Shown one piece after another: positions 1 through 9,725 of a stretch of 64,000 nt of DNA. The DNA comes from Lachnospiraceae bacterium. GTDB lineage: Bacteria; Bacillota; Clostridia; Lachnospirales; Lachnospiraceae. The notes under the pieces were generated by a model, which saw only the letters and a program-made list of their open reading frames with translations, did not search any database and was not told the DNA's origin. The translations under genes were made by a program, and so were the position numbers. The stretch spans positions 3,779-67,778 of the forward strand of contig JALERW010000036.1 of the NCBI GenBank assembly GCA_022763925.1, read 5' to 3'. Within the stretch, counting starts at the first letter, position 1, and each line of letters starts with the position of its first letter.

Positions 1-67
1 TTTATAATAAGGGCATCTGAGCATTGGATATCAATATTTTAATAATACGAGAGGAGAGTATTTCAAA

Positions 68-1069
68 ATGGCATTTATTGATCTCATTAAAGCAAAGGCA
101 AAAACGGACAAGCAGTCGATCGTGCTTCCGGAGACAAAGGATAAGAGAACACTGATTGCAGCTGCACAGGTACTGAAAGAGGGAACCGCTGATATCATCA
201 TGATCGGTAAGGAAGAGAAGATCATGGATGGTGCCGGATGGCTGGATGTGGATCTGACGGGTGTTACCGTTGTGGATCCGGATATTGATCCGAAGCTGGA
301 TGAGTATGTAGAAGTGCTGTATGAGCTGAGAAAACATAAAGGAATGACACCGGAGAAGGCAAGAGAGATTCTGACTACAGACTGGCTGACCTATGGTGTT
401 ATGATGGTAAAGCAGAAAGACGCAGACGGAATGGTTGCCGGTGCATGCCATTCTACAGCAGATACCCTTCGTCCGGCTCTTCAGATCTTAAAGACTGCTC
501 CCGGAACGGATCTGGTATCCGGATTCTTTATTGTGGATGTTCCGGACTGTGAATACGGAGCAAACGGTACCTTCCTGTTCGCTGACTGCGGACTGAATCA
601 GGATCCCAATGCTTCCGAGCTTGCATCCATCGCAGACAGCAGCGCAAAGAGCTTCCGTGCTCTGGTAGGCGAGAAGCCGATCATCGCAATGCTGTCCCAT
701 TCCACCAAGGGAAGCGCAAAGCATCCTCTGGTTGACAAGGTGGTTGAGGCAACTGCTATCGCACAGGAGAGATATCCGCAGCTGCTGGTTGACGGTGAAC
801 TTCAGGCAGATGCAGCGCTCGTTCCGTCCATTGCCAGATCCAAAGCAAAGGGAAGCCCGGTTGCAGGTAAGGCAAATGTGCTGATTTTCCCGAACCTTGA
901 CTGTGGAAATATCGGTTACAAGCTGGTTCAGAGACTGGGTAAGGCAGAGGCTTACGGACCGATGCTTCAGGGTATTGCAAGACCGGTCAATGACCTGTCC
1001 CGTGGATGCTCTGCAGAGGATATCGTAGGTGTAATCGCACTGACAGCCGTACAGGCACAGATGGTATAA
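68..1069 (+). CDS. pta: phosphate acetyltransferase (short, single-domain type)
   Basis: [47 protein letters not shown] motifs; GAGGAG RBS. Confidence 0.96.
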   Translation: MAFIDLIKAKAKTDKQSIVLPETKDKRTLIAAAQVLKEGTADIIMIGKEEKIMDGAGWLDVDLTGVTVVDPDIDPKLDEYVEVLYELRKHKGMTPEKAREILTTDWLTYGVMMVKQKDADGMVAGACHSTADTLRPALQILKTAPGTDLVSGFFIVDVPDCEYGANGTFLFADCGLNQDPNASELASIADSSAKSFRALVGEKPIIAMLSHSTKGSAKHPLVDKVVEATAIAQERYPQLLVDGELQADAALVPSIARSKAKGSPVAGKANVLIFPNLDCGNIGYKLVQRLGKAEAYGPMLQGIARPVNDLSRGCSAEDIVGVIALTAVQAQMV

Positions 1070-1102
1070 TTTATTACTTGTAGTTTTTGGAGGTTTATTA
1101 TT

Positions 1103-2299
1103 ATGAATGTTTTAGTAATCAACTGTGGAAGCTCTTCCTTAAAATATCAGCTGATTGATTCTGTTACTGAGGATGTCCTGGCAAAGGGACTGTGTGAGCG
1201 TATTGGCATCGACGGCAGCCAGCTTGTATATCAGAAAGCCGGATGCGACAAGATTAAGACCAAGGCGCCCATGCCTTCTCATCAGGAGGCCATCAGCCTC
1301 GTGCTGAATGCACTTATGGATCCTGAAAACGGTGTGATCAAGTCTCTGGACGAGATCGGTGCGGCAGGACATCGTATTGTACATGGCGGAGAGAAATTCA
1401 CAGAGTCTGTTGTGATCGATGATGAGGTGATTGCAGCGATTGAGGAGTGCAGCGATCTGGCACCGCTTCATAATCCGGCGAACCTGATCGGCATCCATGC
1501 CTGCCAGAAGCTCATGCCAGGCAAACCGATGGTGGCAGTTTTTGATACCGCATTCCATCAGACCATGCCGGAGTATGCATATCTTTATGGACTTCCGTAT
1601 GAGTATTATGAGAAATACGGAGTGAGAAGATACGGCTTCCACGGAACCTCTCATAAATTTGTTTCCAATCACCTTGCAGAGTTCCTTGGCAAAGACATCA
1701 AGGATATGAAGATTATTGTCTGCCATCTGGGCAATGGCTCCAGCGTAAGTGCTGTGAAATACGGAAAATGTGTGGATACCTCCATGGGAATGACTCCTCT
1801 GGAAGGTCTGATCATGGGTACCCGTTCCGGAGATATTGATCCGGCGATCATGGAGTATATTGCCAAGAAGGAGAATCTGGACATTGCAGGTGTTATGGAA
1901 GTTCTGAATAAGAAATCCGGTGTGGGAGGACTGTCCCAGATTTCCAGCGATTTCCGTGATTTAGAGGATGCACAGGCAGAAGGCAATCCGGCGGCGATTC
2001 GTACAATGGCTGCCTTTGAGTATCGTGTGGCTAAATATATCGGCGCTTATGTTGCTGCTATGAACGGCGTAGATGCCATTGCCTTTACAGCAGGTGTCGG
2101 AGAGAACGGACCGGTGACAAGAACCGGAGTCTGCAAATTCCTTGGATATCTTGGTGTTGAACTGGATGAAGAGGCGAACCACAAGAGAGGCTTCGATAAT
2201 ATTATTTCTACTCCGGATTCCAAAGTTACGGTTTGTGTCATTCCTACGGATGAAGAGCTTGCGATCGCAAGAGAGACCGTACGCCTGGTGGAAAAATAA
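1103..2299 (+). CDS. ackA: acetate kinase (copy 1)
   Basis: VLVINCGSSSLKYQL, GHRIVHGG, APLHNP, FDTAFHQT, YGFHGTSH, HLGNG, PTDEE. Confidence 0.96.
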   Translation: MNVLVINCGSSSLKYQLIDSVTEDVLAKGLCERIGIDGSQLVYQKAGCDKIKTKAPMPSHQEAISLVLNALMDPENGVIKSLDEIGAAGHRIVHGGEKFTESVVIDDEVIAAIEECSDLAPLHNPANLIGIHACQKLMPGKPMVAVFDTAFHQTMPEYAYLYGLPYEYYEKYGVRRYGFHGTSHKFVSNHLAEFLGKDIKDMKIIVCHLGNGSSVSAVKYGKCVDTSMGMTPLEGLIMGTRSGDIDPAIMEYIAKKENLDIAGVMEVLNKKSGVGGLSQISSDFRDLEDAQAEGNPAAIRTMAAFEYRVAKYIGAYVAAMNGVDAIAFTAGVGENGPVTRTGVCKFLGYLGVELDEEANHKRGFDNIISTPDSKVTVCVIPTDEELAIARETVRLVEK

Positions 2300-2312
2300 A
2301 AATGTTTGGGAA

Positions 2313-2343
2313 GGCGGCGCGTTTGGTGACGCGCTGCTTTTTA
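2313..2343 (+). terminator. intrinsic terminator after ackA copy 1
   Basis: GGCGGCGCGT-TTGGTG-ACGCGCTGCT stem followed by a T run. Confidence 0.7.
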
Positions 2344-2462
2344 TAAGAACTGCAGGAAAAGCTTTTGGAAGAGGCGTGGGGGCAGTTTGAACAGAGGGAA
2401 GAATGGGTGCTTATTTCATTGCGTGTGAAGACATCATAATGTATTGATTTGGAGGTATTATC

Positions 2463-3671
2463 ATGAAAGTATTAGTAATTAACTGCGGAAGCTCTTCGTT
2501 AAAGTATCAGCTGATCAATACAGATACCGATGAGGTATTTGCAAAGGGTCTGTGCGAACGTATCGGAATTGATGGCAGCCAGATCGTTTATCAGAAGGAA
2601 GGCTGTCAGAAGGAGAAAACATTAACTCCGATGCCTACACACAAGGAGGCAATCGGACTCGTTCTGGAGTATCTGATGAACGAGGAGACCGGTGTTGTGA
2701 AATCGCTGGATGAAATTGATGCGATCGGACATCGTATCGTACATGGCGGTGAGAAATTTACCGAGTCCGTTCTGATTACCGATGAGGTGATCGAGGCAAT
2801 TGAAGAGTGCAGTGAGTTGGCTCCGCTTCACAATCCCGCGAACCTTACTGGTATCCGTGTCTGCCAGATGCTGATGCCGGGTATTCCGATGGTGGCAGTG
2901 TTTGATACGGCGTTCCATCAGACGATGCCGGAAAAGGCATATCTCTACGGAATTCCTTATAAATACTATGAGAATTACAGCATCAGAAGGTACGGATTCC
3001 ATGGAACTTCCCACAAATATGTATCGAACCATATGGCTCACTTCCTCAAGACAAGGCTGAAATATCTGAAGGTGATCGTCTGCCATCTGGGCAATGGAGC
3101 AAGTATCAGCGCCATTGATCATGGAAAATGCATTGATACTTCCATGGGAATGACTCCTCTGGAAGGACTCATGATGGGAACCCGCTCCGGTGATATTGAT
3201 CCGGCAATTCTGGAATACATTCAGAAGAAGGATAACATCACGATTGAGGAGGTTATGGATATTCTGAACAAGGAGTCCGGTGTTTATGGCATGTCCGGTA
3301 TTTCCAGCGATTTCCGTGATCTGACAGAGGCGGAGGAGGCTGGAAACCAGGCGGCTGCCCGTACCCTTGAGGCTTATGCATATCGTGTTGCTAAATACAT
3401 CGGTTCCTATGTGGCTGCCATGAATGGTGTGGATGCCATTGCATTTACAGCCGGTGTCGGTGAGAACTCTGCGGTCATCCGCAGCGAGATCTGCAAATAT
3501 CTTGGATATCTTGGACTGACCATTGATGAGGTGACCAACCATGCGGGAAGCGGCGACCGGATTATCACAACTCCGGATTCCAGAGTGCGTGTCTGCGTGA
3601 TCCCGACCAACGAGGAGCTGGAAATCGCAAGAGAGACCATGCGCCTTGTAAAGGGTGATAAAGCGGAATAA
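2463..3671 (+). CDS. ackA: acetate kinase (copy 2, tandem paralog)
   Basis: same acetate kinase motif set; GGAGGT RBS. Confidence 0.95.
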   Translation: MKVLVINCGSSSLKYQLINTDTDEVFAKGLCERIGIDGSQIVYQKEGCQKEKTLTPMPTHKEAIGLVLEYLMNEETGVVKSLDEIDAIGHRIVHGGEKFTESVLITDEVIEAIEECSELAPLHNPANLTGIRVCQMLMPGIPMVAVFDTAFHQTMPEKAYLYGIPYKYYENYSIRRYGFHGTSHKYVSNHMAHFLKTRLKYLKVIVCHLGNGASISAIDHGKCIDTSMGMTPLEGLMMGTRSGDIDPAILEYIQKKDNITIEEVMDILNKESGVYGMSGISSDFRDLTEAEEAGNQAAARTLEAYAYRVAKYIGSYVAAMNGVDAIAFTAGVGENSAVIRSEICKYLGYLGLTIDEVTNHAGSGDRIITTPDSRVRVCVIPTNEELEIARETMRLVKGDKAE

Positions 3672-3707
3672 GAGACAGAAGAACAGAATATTGTAGTAGA
3701 AAAGAGG

Positions 3708-3744
3708 GCAGGTGTGCTGCATTTTGCAGCATGCCTGTTTTTTT
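3708..3744 (+). terminator. intrinsic terminator after ackA copy 2
   Basis: GCAGGTGTGCTGC / GCAGCATGCCTGT stem followed by a T run. Confidence 0.8.
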
Positions 3745-3745
3745 C

Positions 3746-3774
3746 TTGCATTCCGGCAATGCTTGTGCTATAGT
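3746..3774 (+). promoter_or_regulatory. sigmaA promoter of the cbiK/btu operon
   Basis: TTGCAT-17 nt-TATAGT with TG extended -10. Confidence 0.7.
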
Positions 3775-3811
3775 ACAGACATAGCTACCGAAAGGAAGCT
3801 TGCAGTCATAC

Positions 3812-3980
3812 AACAGCAGGTGTCGGAACAGAAGTTTCTGCGGTCCGATGAAAAGGGAAACAGGTGCAAATCCTGTACGAACTCGTCACTGTGTGTAGGG
3901 AGTGTGGAGCCAGTATGCCACTGAGCGATTGGGAAGGCGGCTTTACATGAAGATCTATGAGTCAGGAGACCTGCCTGCAT
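3812..3980 (+). ncRNA. cobalamin (B12) riboswitch aptamer
   Basis: CAGGTG...AAAAGGGAA-CAGGTGCAAATCCTG...CACTGT...GCCACTG...GGGAAGG...GAGTCAGGAGACCTGCC (B12 box). Confidence 0.93.
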
Positions 3981-4049
3981 GTGAAACGGGGAGAACCCCG
4001 GGCCACGAGTAATTGGTCGTATATTGATGCATTATCACAACATCATTGC

Positions 4050-4088
4050 GCCCTCTTACACGATGTCCTCGTAAGAGGGCATTTTTAT
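4050..4088 (+). terminator. riboswitch expression-platform terminator
   Basis: GCCCTCTTAC...GTAAGAGGGC perfect stem followed by ATTTTTAT, between the aptamer and the cbiK start. Confidence 0.8.
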
Positions 4089-4134
4089 ACCCAATCGGAC
4101 AGAAAAGTCCCTAGGAAAGAAAAGGAGGAACGAC

Positions 4135-5112
4135 ATGAAAAGGAAAGTGTCAGCATGGCTGATGGCTTTTGCGGTACTTGCCCTGTGCCTGACAGGCTGC
4201 GGGAGCAGGACAGAGGAGGCAGAGCCGGCATCAGCCGAAGAGAACAAGGAAACGCAGGAAGAGCAGAGCGAGGCGGACAAGGAGGATGAGATGACGTCTG
4301 AGACGGCGGAAAAATCGAAGGATACAGCGATTCTGGTCGTAAGCTTTGGTACCAGCTACAATGAAAGCCGTGATATCACCATCGGCGCCATTGAAGAGGC
4401 GATTGCCGAAGCTTTCCCCAAGTATGAAGTGCGCAGGGCATTCACCAGCCAGATTATTATTGACAAGCTGAAAGAGCGCGACGGGCTGGAAATCGACAAT
4501 GTGCAGGAAGCTTTGGACCGTGCGGTGGCAGACGGTATCAGGACTTTGATTGTACAGCCGACTCACCTGATGGACGGCTATGAATACACGGATCTGGCGG
4601 AGGAACTGGAAGAATATGAGAGCAGCTTTGACCAGATCGTTCTCGGAGCACCGCTTCTTACCAGTGATGAGGACTTTAATCAGGTGATTGCTGCGATCAC
4701 AGATGCAACAGCAGATTATGTGGATGATGAGACTGCCATTGTCTTTATGGGACACGGAACGGAAGCGGATTCCAATGAGGTATATGAGAAGCTTCAGGAA
4801 AAGCTTACAGCGGCAGGCTTTTCCGATTACTATATCGGAACGGTAGAGGCATCGCCTTCTCTGGAGGATATCCGGGCTTCTTTAAAGGAAGCGGGATGCT
4901 ATAAAAAAGTGGTTCTGGAGCCGCTGATGGTTGTGGCCGGAGATCATGCCAACAATGATATGGCCGGAGAGGAAGAGGATTCCTGGAAGAGTGTACTTAC
5001 AGCAGACGGTTATGAAGTAGAGTGCCTGATTCATGGCCTGGGTGAGAATGAAGCAATCCGTGATATTTATGTATCCCATGTGCAGGCTGCGATGGGCAAT
5101 ATGACAAAATAG
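4135..5112 (+). CDS. cbiK: CbiK-family sirohydrochlorin cobaltochelatase / Co-binding lipoprotein
   Basis: lipobox LTGC, acidic linker, ILVVSFGTS, RRAFTS, MGHGT, PLMVVAGDHANNDM. Confidence 0.9.
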   Translation: MKRKVSAWLMAFAVLALCLTGCGSRTEEAEPASAEENKETQEEQSEADKEDEMTSETAEKSKDTAILVVSFGTSYNESRDITIGAIEEAIAEAFPKYEVRRAFTSQIIIDKLKERDGLEIDNVQEALDRAVADGIRTLIVQPTHLMDGYEYTDLAEELEEYESSFDQIVLGAPLLTSDEDFNQVIAAITDATADYVDDETAIVFMGHGTEADSNEVYEKLQEKLTAAGFSDYYIGTVEASPSLEDIRASLKEAGCYKKVVLEPLMVVAGDHANNDMAGEEEDSWKSVLTADGYEVECLIHGLGENEAIRDIYVSHVQAAMGNMTK

Positions 5113-5127
5113 ACAGATGACCGGATG

Positions 5128-5162
5128 TCTGCCTCCGTCTTTTTGGGCGGAGGCAGATTTTA
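5128..5162 (+). terminator. intergenic hairpin (partial terminator or mRNA stabiliser) after cbiK
   Basis: TCTGCCTCCGTC / GGCGGAGGCAGA stem with a short T run. Confidence 0.55.
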
Positions 5163-5216
5163 AATATCGGTGAATCGGAAGAAAAAGCCAGGGATCCGAT
5201 GGAAAAGGGGAAGAAA

Positions 5217-6302
5217 ATGAACAGATGGAAATATTGCGCAGCTGTGGCTTCGGTATGCGCTGCAGCATTTTTTTGTACGCCGGCTGCCGTCCTGGCAGCA
5301 GGAGAAGAAACAGATGGGATTTCCTATGGGGAAGTGGCTTCCGAGGATGAGAAGGTGACACCGGAGGAAGTAGGAGTCGAGGGAATGAAGCCTGTATATG
5401 GAACGGATGTGGCGGACGGAGTTTATGAGGTGGAAACAGAGTCCAGTTCTTCCATGTTCCGGATTGAGCATGCCGTGCTCACGGTTCAGGACGGGAAGAT
5501 GACTGCAGTGCTTACCCTGGGAGGAACCGGATATCTGAAGCTGTATATGGGAACCGGAGAAGAGGCAGCGAAAGCGGATGCATCGTCTTATATCGGGTAT
5601 GCAGAGGATGAAAACGGAGCGTATACCTATACCATTCCGGTGGATGCGCTGGATCAGCCACTGAACTGTGCCGCCTTCAGTAAGAAAAAGGAAAAATGGT
5701 ATGACCGTAAGATTCTGTTTCGGGCGGAAAGCCTTCCCGAGGAAGCTGTTCTGGTGGAACTTCCGGATTATGAAGAACTGAAGCGCGCCGCAAGAGAGAA
5801 GCGGATCGAAGAGATGAAGGAAGAAAGGGAAGGGGACAAAGTCCCGGAAGAAGATCAGAAGGCATCGGATGATATTCTTCCGGCAGACGGAACCTATACC
5901 ATAGAGGTCGCTCTGGAGGGCGGAAGCGGGAGGGCTTCGGTGCAGTCTCCGGCAATTGTTACGGTGACGGATCAGAAAGCAGTGCTTACAGTGGAATGGA
6001 GCAGCTCGCATTATGATTACATGCTGGTGGGCGAAGAAAAATATCTGCCGGTAAGTACAGAGGGAAATGCAGTTTTTGAAATACCGGCAGCGGTTCTGGA
6101 CGGAAGCATATCGGTGACCGCTGATACGACCGCCATGAGTACGCCCCATGAGATCGATTATACGCTGATCCTTTCGGGAGACACCCTGCAGAGGACAGAA
6201 GCTGAGGGAAGCTCCCGGGATTCCGGCAGGGGAAGCATGCTGCTCGGGATACTGGCGTTGTGCGTGTCTGCTTCCGGGATTGTGAAGAAAAAACTGGGAT
6301 AG
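5217..6302 (+). CDS. exported, C-terminally anchored protein with two NEAT-like beta domains
   Basis: N-terminal signal peptide; related modules start DGVYEVE and DGTYTIEV; C-terminal hydrophobic helix plus KKKLG; alternative start 5199. Confidence 0.7.
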   Translation: MNRWKYCAAVASVCAAAFFCTPAAVLAAGEETDGISYGEVASEDEKVTPEEVGVEGMKPVYGTDVADGVYEVETESSSSMFRIEHAVLTVQDGKMTAVLTLGGTGYLKLYMGTGEEAAKADASSYIGYAEDENGAYTYTIPVDALDQPLNCAAFSKKKEKWYDRKILFRAESLPEEAVLVELPDYEELKRAAREKRIEEMKEEREGDKVPEEDQKASDDILPADGTYTIEVALEGGSGRASVQSPAIVTVTDQKAVLTVEWSSSHYDYMLVGEEKYLPVSTEGNAVFEIPAAVLDGSISVTADTTAMSTPHEIDYTLILSGDTLQRTEAEGSSRDSGRGSMLLGILALCVSASGIVKKKLG

Positions 6303-6344
6303 CAGAAAAAACGGGAAAAAGAAAGAGAAAAGGAATGCGGTATC

Positions 6345-7484
6345 ATGAGAAAAAAATGGGCAGTGATTCTTGCCGGGCTATTTTTTATGCTTCTGTTTGT
6401 ATCCTGTCAGAGATCAGAGTTCCCGGAGCGGGAACCGGAGGATATCGGAGGCGGACTTGTCTATGATCACAGTCTTGTACTTTCTGATGCAAAGGAATTT
6501 ACGGCGGATTATTACGATGGCGGTTATGTGCTTCTCACCATAGCGGGGGAAAAACGATATCTGCTTGTTCCGGAAGAAACAGAGGCTCCTGAGGGGCTTT
6601 CCGGGGATATTGTACAGATCAGCTGTCCGGTAAAAAATGTGTATCTGGTGGCTTCGGCAGCTATGGATATGTTTGCCGCGCTGGATGCCATGGATGCCCT
6701 CAGGTTTTCAGGACTGAAAGCGGAAAGCTGGTATATTGATGAAGCCAGAGAGGCAATGGAGAAGGGAACGCTGCTTTATGCAGGAAAATATTCTGCACCG
6801 GATTATGAACAGATTCTGTCGCAGGGATGCGGCCTTGCGGTGGAAAATACCATGATCTACCATTCTCCGGAGGTTCTGGAGCAGCTGGAGGCATTTGATA
6901 TCCCGGTGCTGGTGGATTATTCCAGTTATGAGGAAACGCCTCTCGGCAGGATGGAATGGGTTAAGCTGTACGGACTGCTGACCGGAAAAGAGGAGGAAGC
7001 TAAGGCAGCCTTTGAAGAGCAGGCAAAGGCATATTCCGATGCACAGCAGGAATTGTCCGGACAGCCGGTGGTGGCGTTCTTTTATATCACATCCAACGGA
7101 GAAGTGAATGTACGCAGAGCATCGGATTATCTTCCCAAAATGATTGAAGCGGCAGGCGGAACCTATTTTCTTGGCAGTGCAGAGCAGGAGGCTTCGGCTT
7201 CCTCCACCATGAGCATGCAGATGGAGGAATTTTATTCGGCTGCGAAGGATGCGGACTATCTCATATACAACAGTACCATTGACGGGGAACTGTCGTCAGT
7301 GGAGGATTTACTGAATAAAAGCGGACTTCTGAAGAACTTCAGGGCAGTGCAGTCGGGTCAGGTGTTCTGCACTTCCCAAAATCTGTATCAGTCCTCCATG
7401 CAGCTGGGAACGATTACCGCAGATATGCACAGGATGCTGACCGGAGATATGGATGGAATGACGTATCTGTACCGATTAGAATAA
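6345..7484 (+). CDS. ABC substrate-binding lipoprotein (BtuF/Fe-chelate class)
   Basis: lipobox FVSC; GKYSAPDYE, E-TPLGRMEWVKLYG. Confidence 0.85.
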   Translation: MRKKWAVILAGLFFMLLFVSCQRSEFPEREPEDIGGGLVYDHSLVLSDAKEFTADYYDGGYVLLTIAGEKRYLLVPEETEAPEGLSGDIVQISCPVKNVYLVASAAMDMFAALDAMDALRFSGLKAESWYIDEAREAMEKGTLLYAGKYSAPDYEQILSQGCGLAVENTMIYHSPEVLEQLEAFDIPVLVDYSSYEETPLGRMEWVKLYGLLTGKEEEAKAAFEEQAKAYSDAQQELSGQPVVAFFYITSNGEVNVRRASDYLPKMIEAAGGTYFLGSAEQEASASSTMSMQMEEFYSAAKDADYLIYNSTIDGELSSVEDLLNKSGLLKNFRAVQSGQVFCTSQNLYQSSMQLGTITADMHRMLTGDMDGMTYLYRLE

Positions 7485-7506
7485 AAAAGCAGGTGAAAAG
7501 CATAAG

Positions 7507-8568
7507 ATGAAACAGATGATATACAATAAGGAAAGGTCAGAGAACATCGGTCGGTCCAAAGAATGGCTCCGGAACATAAGAAGCTTTCTTCTGCTGATCC
7601 TGCTTCTTTTTGTCATCCTCGCGGCAAATATTTGTGTTGGAAGCGTGAATGTCCCTTTATCGGAGGTATGGAACATCTTAAGAGGCCTTGCGGGCAATGA
7701 GGTGTACCGGGACATTGTGATGCAGATTCGGCTTCCTCGGGCACTGGCGGCTATTGTCCTTGGCGGTGCACTTTCCCTTTCCGGTTATCTGCTTCAGACA
7801 TTTTTTCATAATCCGATCGCGGGTCCCTATACGCTCGGGATTTCCTCCGGGGCCAAGCTGGCGGTATCTCTGCTGCTGATCCTGTTTCTGGGGCAGGCTT
7901 ACCGGATCAGCTCCGTGGGCATGATTCTGGCCGCCTTTGCGGGGGCCATGCTTGCGATGGGATTTGTGCTTCTCATGTCACGGGTGGTCGATCAGATGTA
8001 CATGCTGATTGTCAGCGGTGTCATGATCGGCTATATATGTTCGGCAATCACGGATTTTGTGGTGACCTTTGCGGATGATGCCAATATCGTTAATCTTCAT
8101 AACTGGTCCAGGGGAAGCTTTTCCGGAATACAGTGGGAGAATATTGGAGTAATGGCGATTGTGGTATTTTCAGCCTCCTTTCTGGTGTTCCTGCTGTCCA
8201 AGCCGATCAGCGCTTATCAGATGGGGGAGGCCTATGCGGGAAATATGGGGCTGAATATCCGCCGGTTCCGGGCGGTGCTGGTTCTGCTGTCCAGTGTATT
8301 GTCTGCCTGTGTCACGGCCTTTGCAGGGCCGGTTTCTTTTGTGGGAATTGCGGTTCCGCATCTGGTAAAGGCGCTGCTTCAGACGGCAAAGCCGATTCTG
8401 ATGATTCCGGCCTGCTTTCTGGGCGGCGGAGTGTTCTGCCTGTTCTGTGATCTCCTGGCCCGTACGCTGTTTGCACCCACAGAGCTTGCCATCAATACGG
8501 TAACAGCGATCTTCGGGGCGCCGGTGGTGATCTTTATTATGATATATCGGAAGAGAGAGGTCGTGTAG
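7507..8568 (+). CDS. FecCD/BtuC-family ABC permease
   Basis: IRLPRA, LQTFFHNPIAGPYTLGISSGA, GPVSFVGIAVPH. Confidence 0.92.
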   Translation: MKQMIYNKERSENIGRSKEWLRNIRSFLLLILLLFVILAANICVGSVNVPLSEVWNILRGLAGNEVYRDIVMQIRLPRALAAIVLGGALSLSGYLLQTFFHNPIAGPYTLGISSGAKLAVSLLLILFLGQAYRISSVGMILAAFAGAMLAMGFVLLMSRVVDQMYMLIVSGVMIGYICSAITDFVVTFADDANIVNLHNWSRGSFSGIQWENIGVMAIVVFSASFLVFLLSKPISAYQMGEAYAGNMGLNIRRFRAVLVLLSSVLSACVTAFAGPVSFVGIAVPHLVKALLQTAKPILMIPACFLGGGVFCLFCDLLARTLFAPTELAINTVTAIFGAPVVIFIMIYRKREVV

Positions 8569-8573
8569 TCAGG

Positions 8574-9686
8574 ATGAAGGATGAATACTACTTTTGGACG
8601 GAAGGACTGACGGTGGGGTACCGGGGAATTCCTCTGGTAAAAAATGTGGAGCTTCAGTTGAAAAAAGGAGAGATTCTGACGCTGATCGGACCAAACGGTG
8701 CGGGGAAAACGACGATTCTTAAAAGTATCATCCGTCAGCTTTCCCCGATTGCGGGAACGGTGTATCTGGATGGAAGGCAGACCGCCCAGATGACAGGGAA
8801 GGAGCTGTCTCGATGTCTTTCCGTCGTACTCACTGAGCGGGTGCGGCCGGAGCTTATGACCTGCAGGGATGTGGTTGCCACAGGAAGGTATCCTTATACC
8901 GGACGTTTTGGCGTACTGGGAGAGCAGGACCATCGGGCGGTGGAGGAGGCCATGGAGCTGGTACAGATCCGGGAGCTTTCAGACCGGGATTTTGCAAAGA
9001 TCAGCGACGGGCAGAGACAGAGAGTCATGCTGGCCAGAGCAGTGTGTCAGGAACCGGATATTCTCGTGCTGGATGAGCCGACTTCGTTTCTGGATATCAA
9101 ATATAAGCTGGAATTTCTGTCGGTGCTTCAGCAGCTGAAAAGATCCGGGAAGCTGACGGTGATCATGTCCCTGCATGAGCTGGATCTGGCAGAGCGGATT
9201 TCTGACCGCATTGCCTGTATCCGCAAAGACAGAATAGATCGTTTTGGCACCCCGGAGGAGATATTTGTGCCCGGGTACATTCCGCAGCTGTATGATATGA
9301 CCTCTGGTTCTTATGATGAAAGAACAGGAAATATAGAGCTTGAGCCGGCAAAAGGGAGACCGCAGATTTTTGTGCTGGCAGGAAACGGGACCGGGACCTG
9401 CATATATCGGAGGCTGCAGAGGGAGGGAATTCCTTTTGCCACTGGTATTCTGTGGGAAAATGATCTGGATATTCCGGCAGCAAGGGCGCTGGCCGCTGAA
9501 GTGATTACGGAAAAGGCATTCTGTTCTCTGAAGGAGGAGACGCTTGAACGTGCAGGAAAGCGGATGGATGACTGCAGCCGGGTGATCTGTACGCTGGATC
9601 CGGAAACGCTGGGCGATTTTGGAAAGGGACAAAAGGAGCTGTACCTTCGGGCAGAAGCGCTGGGAAAGCTTACCTCTCTTTTTTGA
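8574..9686 (+). CDS. ABC ATP-binding protein (BtuD/FecE type) with C-terminal extension
   Basis: GPNGAGKTT, ISDGQRQR, LVLDEPT, SLHELDLA. Confidence 0.92.
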   Translation: MKDEYYFWTEGLTVGYRGIPLVKNVELQLKKGEILTLIGPNGAGKTTILKSIIRQLSPIAGTVYLDGRQTAQMTGKELSRCLSVVLTERVRPELMTCRDVVATGRYPYTGRFGVLGEQDHRAVEEAMELVQIRELSDRDFAKISDGQRQRVMLARAVCQEPDILVLDEPTSFLDIKYKLEFLSVLQQLKRSGKLTVIMSLHELDLAERISDRIACIRKDRIDRFGTPEEIFVPGYIPQLYDMTSGSYDERTGNIELEPAKGRPQIFVLAGNGTGTCIYRRLQREGIPFATGILWENDLDIPAARALAAEVITEKAFCSLKEETLERAGKRMDDCSRVICTLDPETLGDFGKGQKELYLRAEALGKLTSLF

Positions 9687-9725
9687 CAGAAAAAAGCTGT
9701 GGAAAGCGGGAAAAGAAAATAAAAC

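Noticed and set aside
3712-4289. short ORFs over the cbiK leader
   Set aside because: they overlap the terminator, promoter and riboswitch or are out of frame with cbiK, and show no protein-like features
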